DNA from: Prorocentrum cordatum | Taxonomy: Eukaryota | Direction of reading: 5' to 3' | NCBI GenBank assembly: GCA_963575745.1 | Contig: CAUYUJ010000081.1 | Span: 1 to 64,000, forward strand | Length of the DNA: 64,000 nt | Shown here: positions 62,201-64,000 of the stretch, in pieces | Layout: every line of letters starts with the position of its first letter | How positions within the stretch are numbered: position 1 is the first letter of the stretch | Notes under the pieces: model-generated | The model's input: the letters and a program-made list of their open reading frames with translations, nothing else | What the model was told of the DNA's origin: nothing | Databases searched by the model: none | Made by a program: the position numbers and the translations under genes

Positions 62201-63719
62201 ATCCTGATATCCGGGCATCCTAGCATGATCGCAGTCGCTCGTCGTCGATGATGGCGACCCTCATGCGCAATAAGAAGATCATCATGTTGGGTTGTCCGTC
62301 GGAGTCATATGTTTTGGGACAGCCGATATTTGTGCCACAGGGGGCCTCCCACAAAAAGCCATGCCGCAATCACGAGAGCCGCCGCCCCAATTCGGCCGAA
62401 TCCCAAGACCGACCCAAAATGGCTCCGAACAAACCCAAGGCGGCTTCAGGTACCACGGGCACATGGCACAACATGCAAACGCTACCGCAACCAGGCGGCA
62501 TCACACGCAAAAGGCACCATCCGCAGACGTCACCACACGCACACAGCAAGACAACACCAATTCTACACTCTCGGCCAACCAAGACTTGACACAAAATCGC
62601 TTTCCGCGAATTCCACACAAAATGATGCATGCACGAATCACGCAAAGCATGTCATTGGGCAACTGGTGCACGTGCACTCGATGAGCTTGGTTTCTGCTCC
62701 GAAATTTGACGACATCGATGCGCTCGCCTAATTGTGCGATTCTCCAATACCGTATGTCTGCATTGCGGCACGTACCCTTAGCTTGGGTCGATGGAGTACG
62801 CGGAGCGCCCAATATGAAGTACACAGCTCAAACATTGAAGTGTAATTCGGCTCGGTCCAAGATTGCTCACGAACCTGTGTACATCGACACTTGCACAAGA
62901 TGGTTGAAACACATGTCGGAAGAAACCAAGTATACACATACACCGATCCTGGCCCCACCGATCCGGGGAACAAGATCTGTGTATACGCCCCCCTGGCGTG
63001 GCTCGGAAAGCGTACACACCGATCCTTGGCCCAGGACGGGCCTGGCCAAGATCAATTCAGGCGTACAGTTGGCACCCCCCCGAAGATACTAGTACTGGAT
63101 TGTCGTTTCACAAATCGCAGTGGAAATAGCGGCGGGTCAGTACGCCGCAGACAGGGTGATACGAGTGTGCGGCCAACGGAGTAGATGCACGCGGGCTGCA
63201 GAGACAAATTATTAGACATAATGCAACAATAGGTACTCGCCAAGCATCGGGTGCCGAGAGTCCCATGTAAAAAAAACACGCGGAATGAATCCGACAGCCC
63301 CCCTTGTGGGGCCATTAGGCTGCGTGGGCTAGGCTTCCTGTTCCTCGCTCCAATTCCAGTCTCAAGTCTCCCATGCTGTAATTTTACTTTCTACTTCCTA
63401 ATGTAAACTCTGACTGTCCGCGCAGATGGATGGAACCCCAAACCAGCTTTTGAACAAGCCCCCCAGAGGGGGTCTCAGAATTCCTTGGGGGCCGAGGGCA
63501 CCCAGGAAGCCCGACGGAGGCCCCCCGGGAAGCCCCAGGAGGCCCCCCAGGAGGCCCCAGGAGGCCCCAGGAGGCCCCAGGAAGGCTCAGGGTCTGCAGA
63601 ACCTCGCGTGATACTCACAAACGGCGCGCGAAAGTCCAGGGGCGGCATAACACTGGCGACATCGACGTCGTACCCTTCCAACATCGATCGGTGTTATGGC
63701 GCCGAAACCAAGGGTGACA

Positions 63720-64000
63720 AGGAGCTTGGTCTGGGAACTCCTGGTTGGTTTGGGATGACCCAATTGGTTTGGGAAGACCTTGGGCGTGGTTTGGGAAGAC
63801 CTGGTTGGTTTGGGAAGACCCGGAGGCTTGGGCTAAATTTCGGAAGACCCGGTTTGTTTGGGAAGACCCGGTTGTTTTGGGAAGACCCGGACGGAAGTTT
63901 GGGATGACCCAATTGGTTTGGGAAGGCCCGTTGCTTTAGCAAGACCCGGAAGCTTGGTTCGGGAAGGCCCAGGCGCGTGGTTTGGCAAAACCCGGCTGGC
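63720..64000. repeat. ~20-bp tandem repeat GGTTTGGGAAGACCC..., running off the window
   Basis: Directly visible. Confidence 0.9.

Noticed and set aside
61489..62251. Collagen-like or RS-rich protein
   Set aside because: Arises from a 9-bp minisatellite that is open in several frames on both strands.

Overview
GC-rich, repeat-dense eukaryotic nuclear DNA, very likely from a dinoflagellate (Prorocentrum-like). The evidence is two degenerate copies of the dinoflagellate spliced leader, candidate introns with GC/GA/GT donors, and large (CCT)n/(CAT)n tracts. Almost all long ORFs in the track are microsatellite or GC-content artefacts. I can support the following. (i) A decayed minus-strand Rep gene (HUH endonuclease + superfamily-3 helicase, CRESS-DNA-virus/parvovirus-type architecture) at ~10.3-11.7 kb, with a relict spliced leader 14 nt upstream of its ATG. 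(ii) A candidate minus-strand host gene of at least 8 small exons that join in phase across ~24 kb (36.5->12.65 kb). (iii) Several dead retroelements: a near-complete APE-RT LINE ORF (23.2-26.5 kb), two RNase-H-bearing LINE 3' remnants, a Ty1/copia pol remnant (51-53 kb) and probable tyrosine-recombinase (DIRS/Crypton-like) remnants. (iv) A possible Helitron-like fragment cut off by a young 17-copy 89-bp tandem array. (v) Several MITE and dispersed repeat families, plus satellites. No rRNA, tRNA or CRISPR array was recognised. All protein assignments come from reading motifs by eye, not from database searches.
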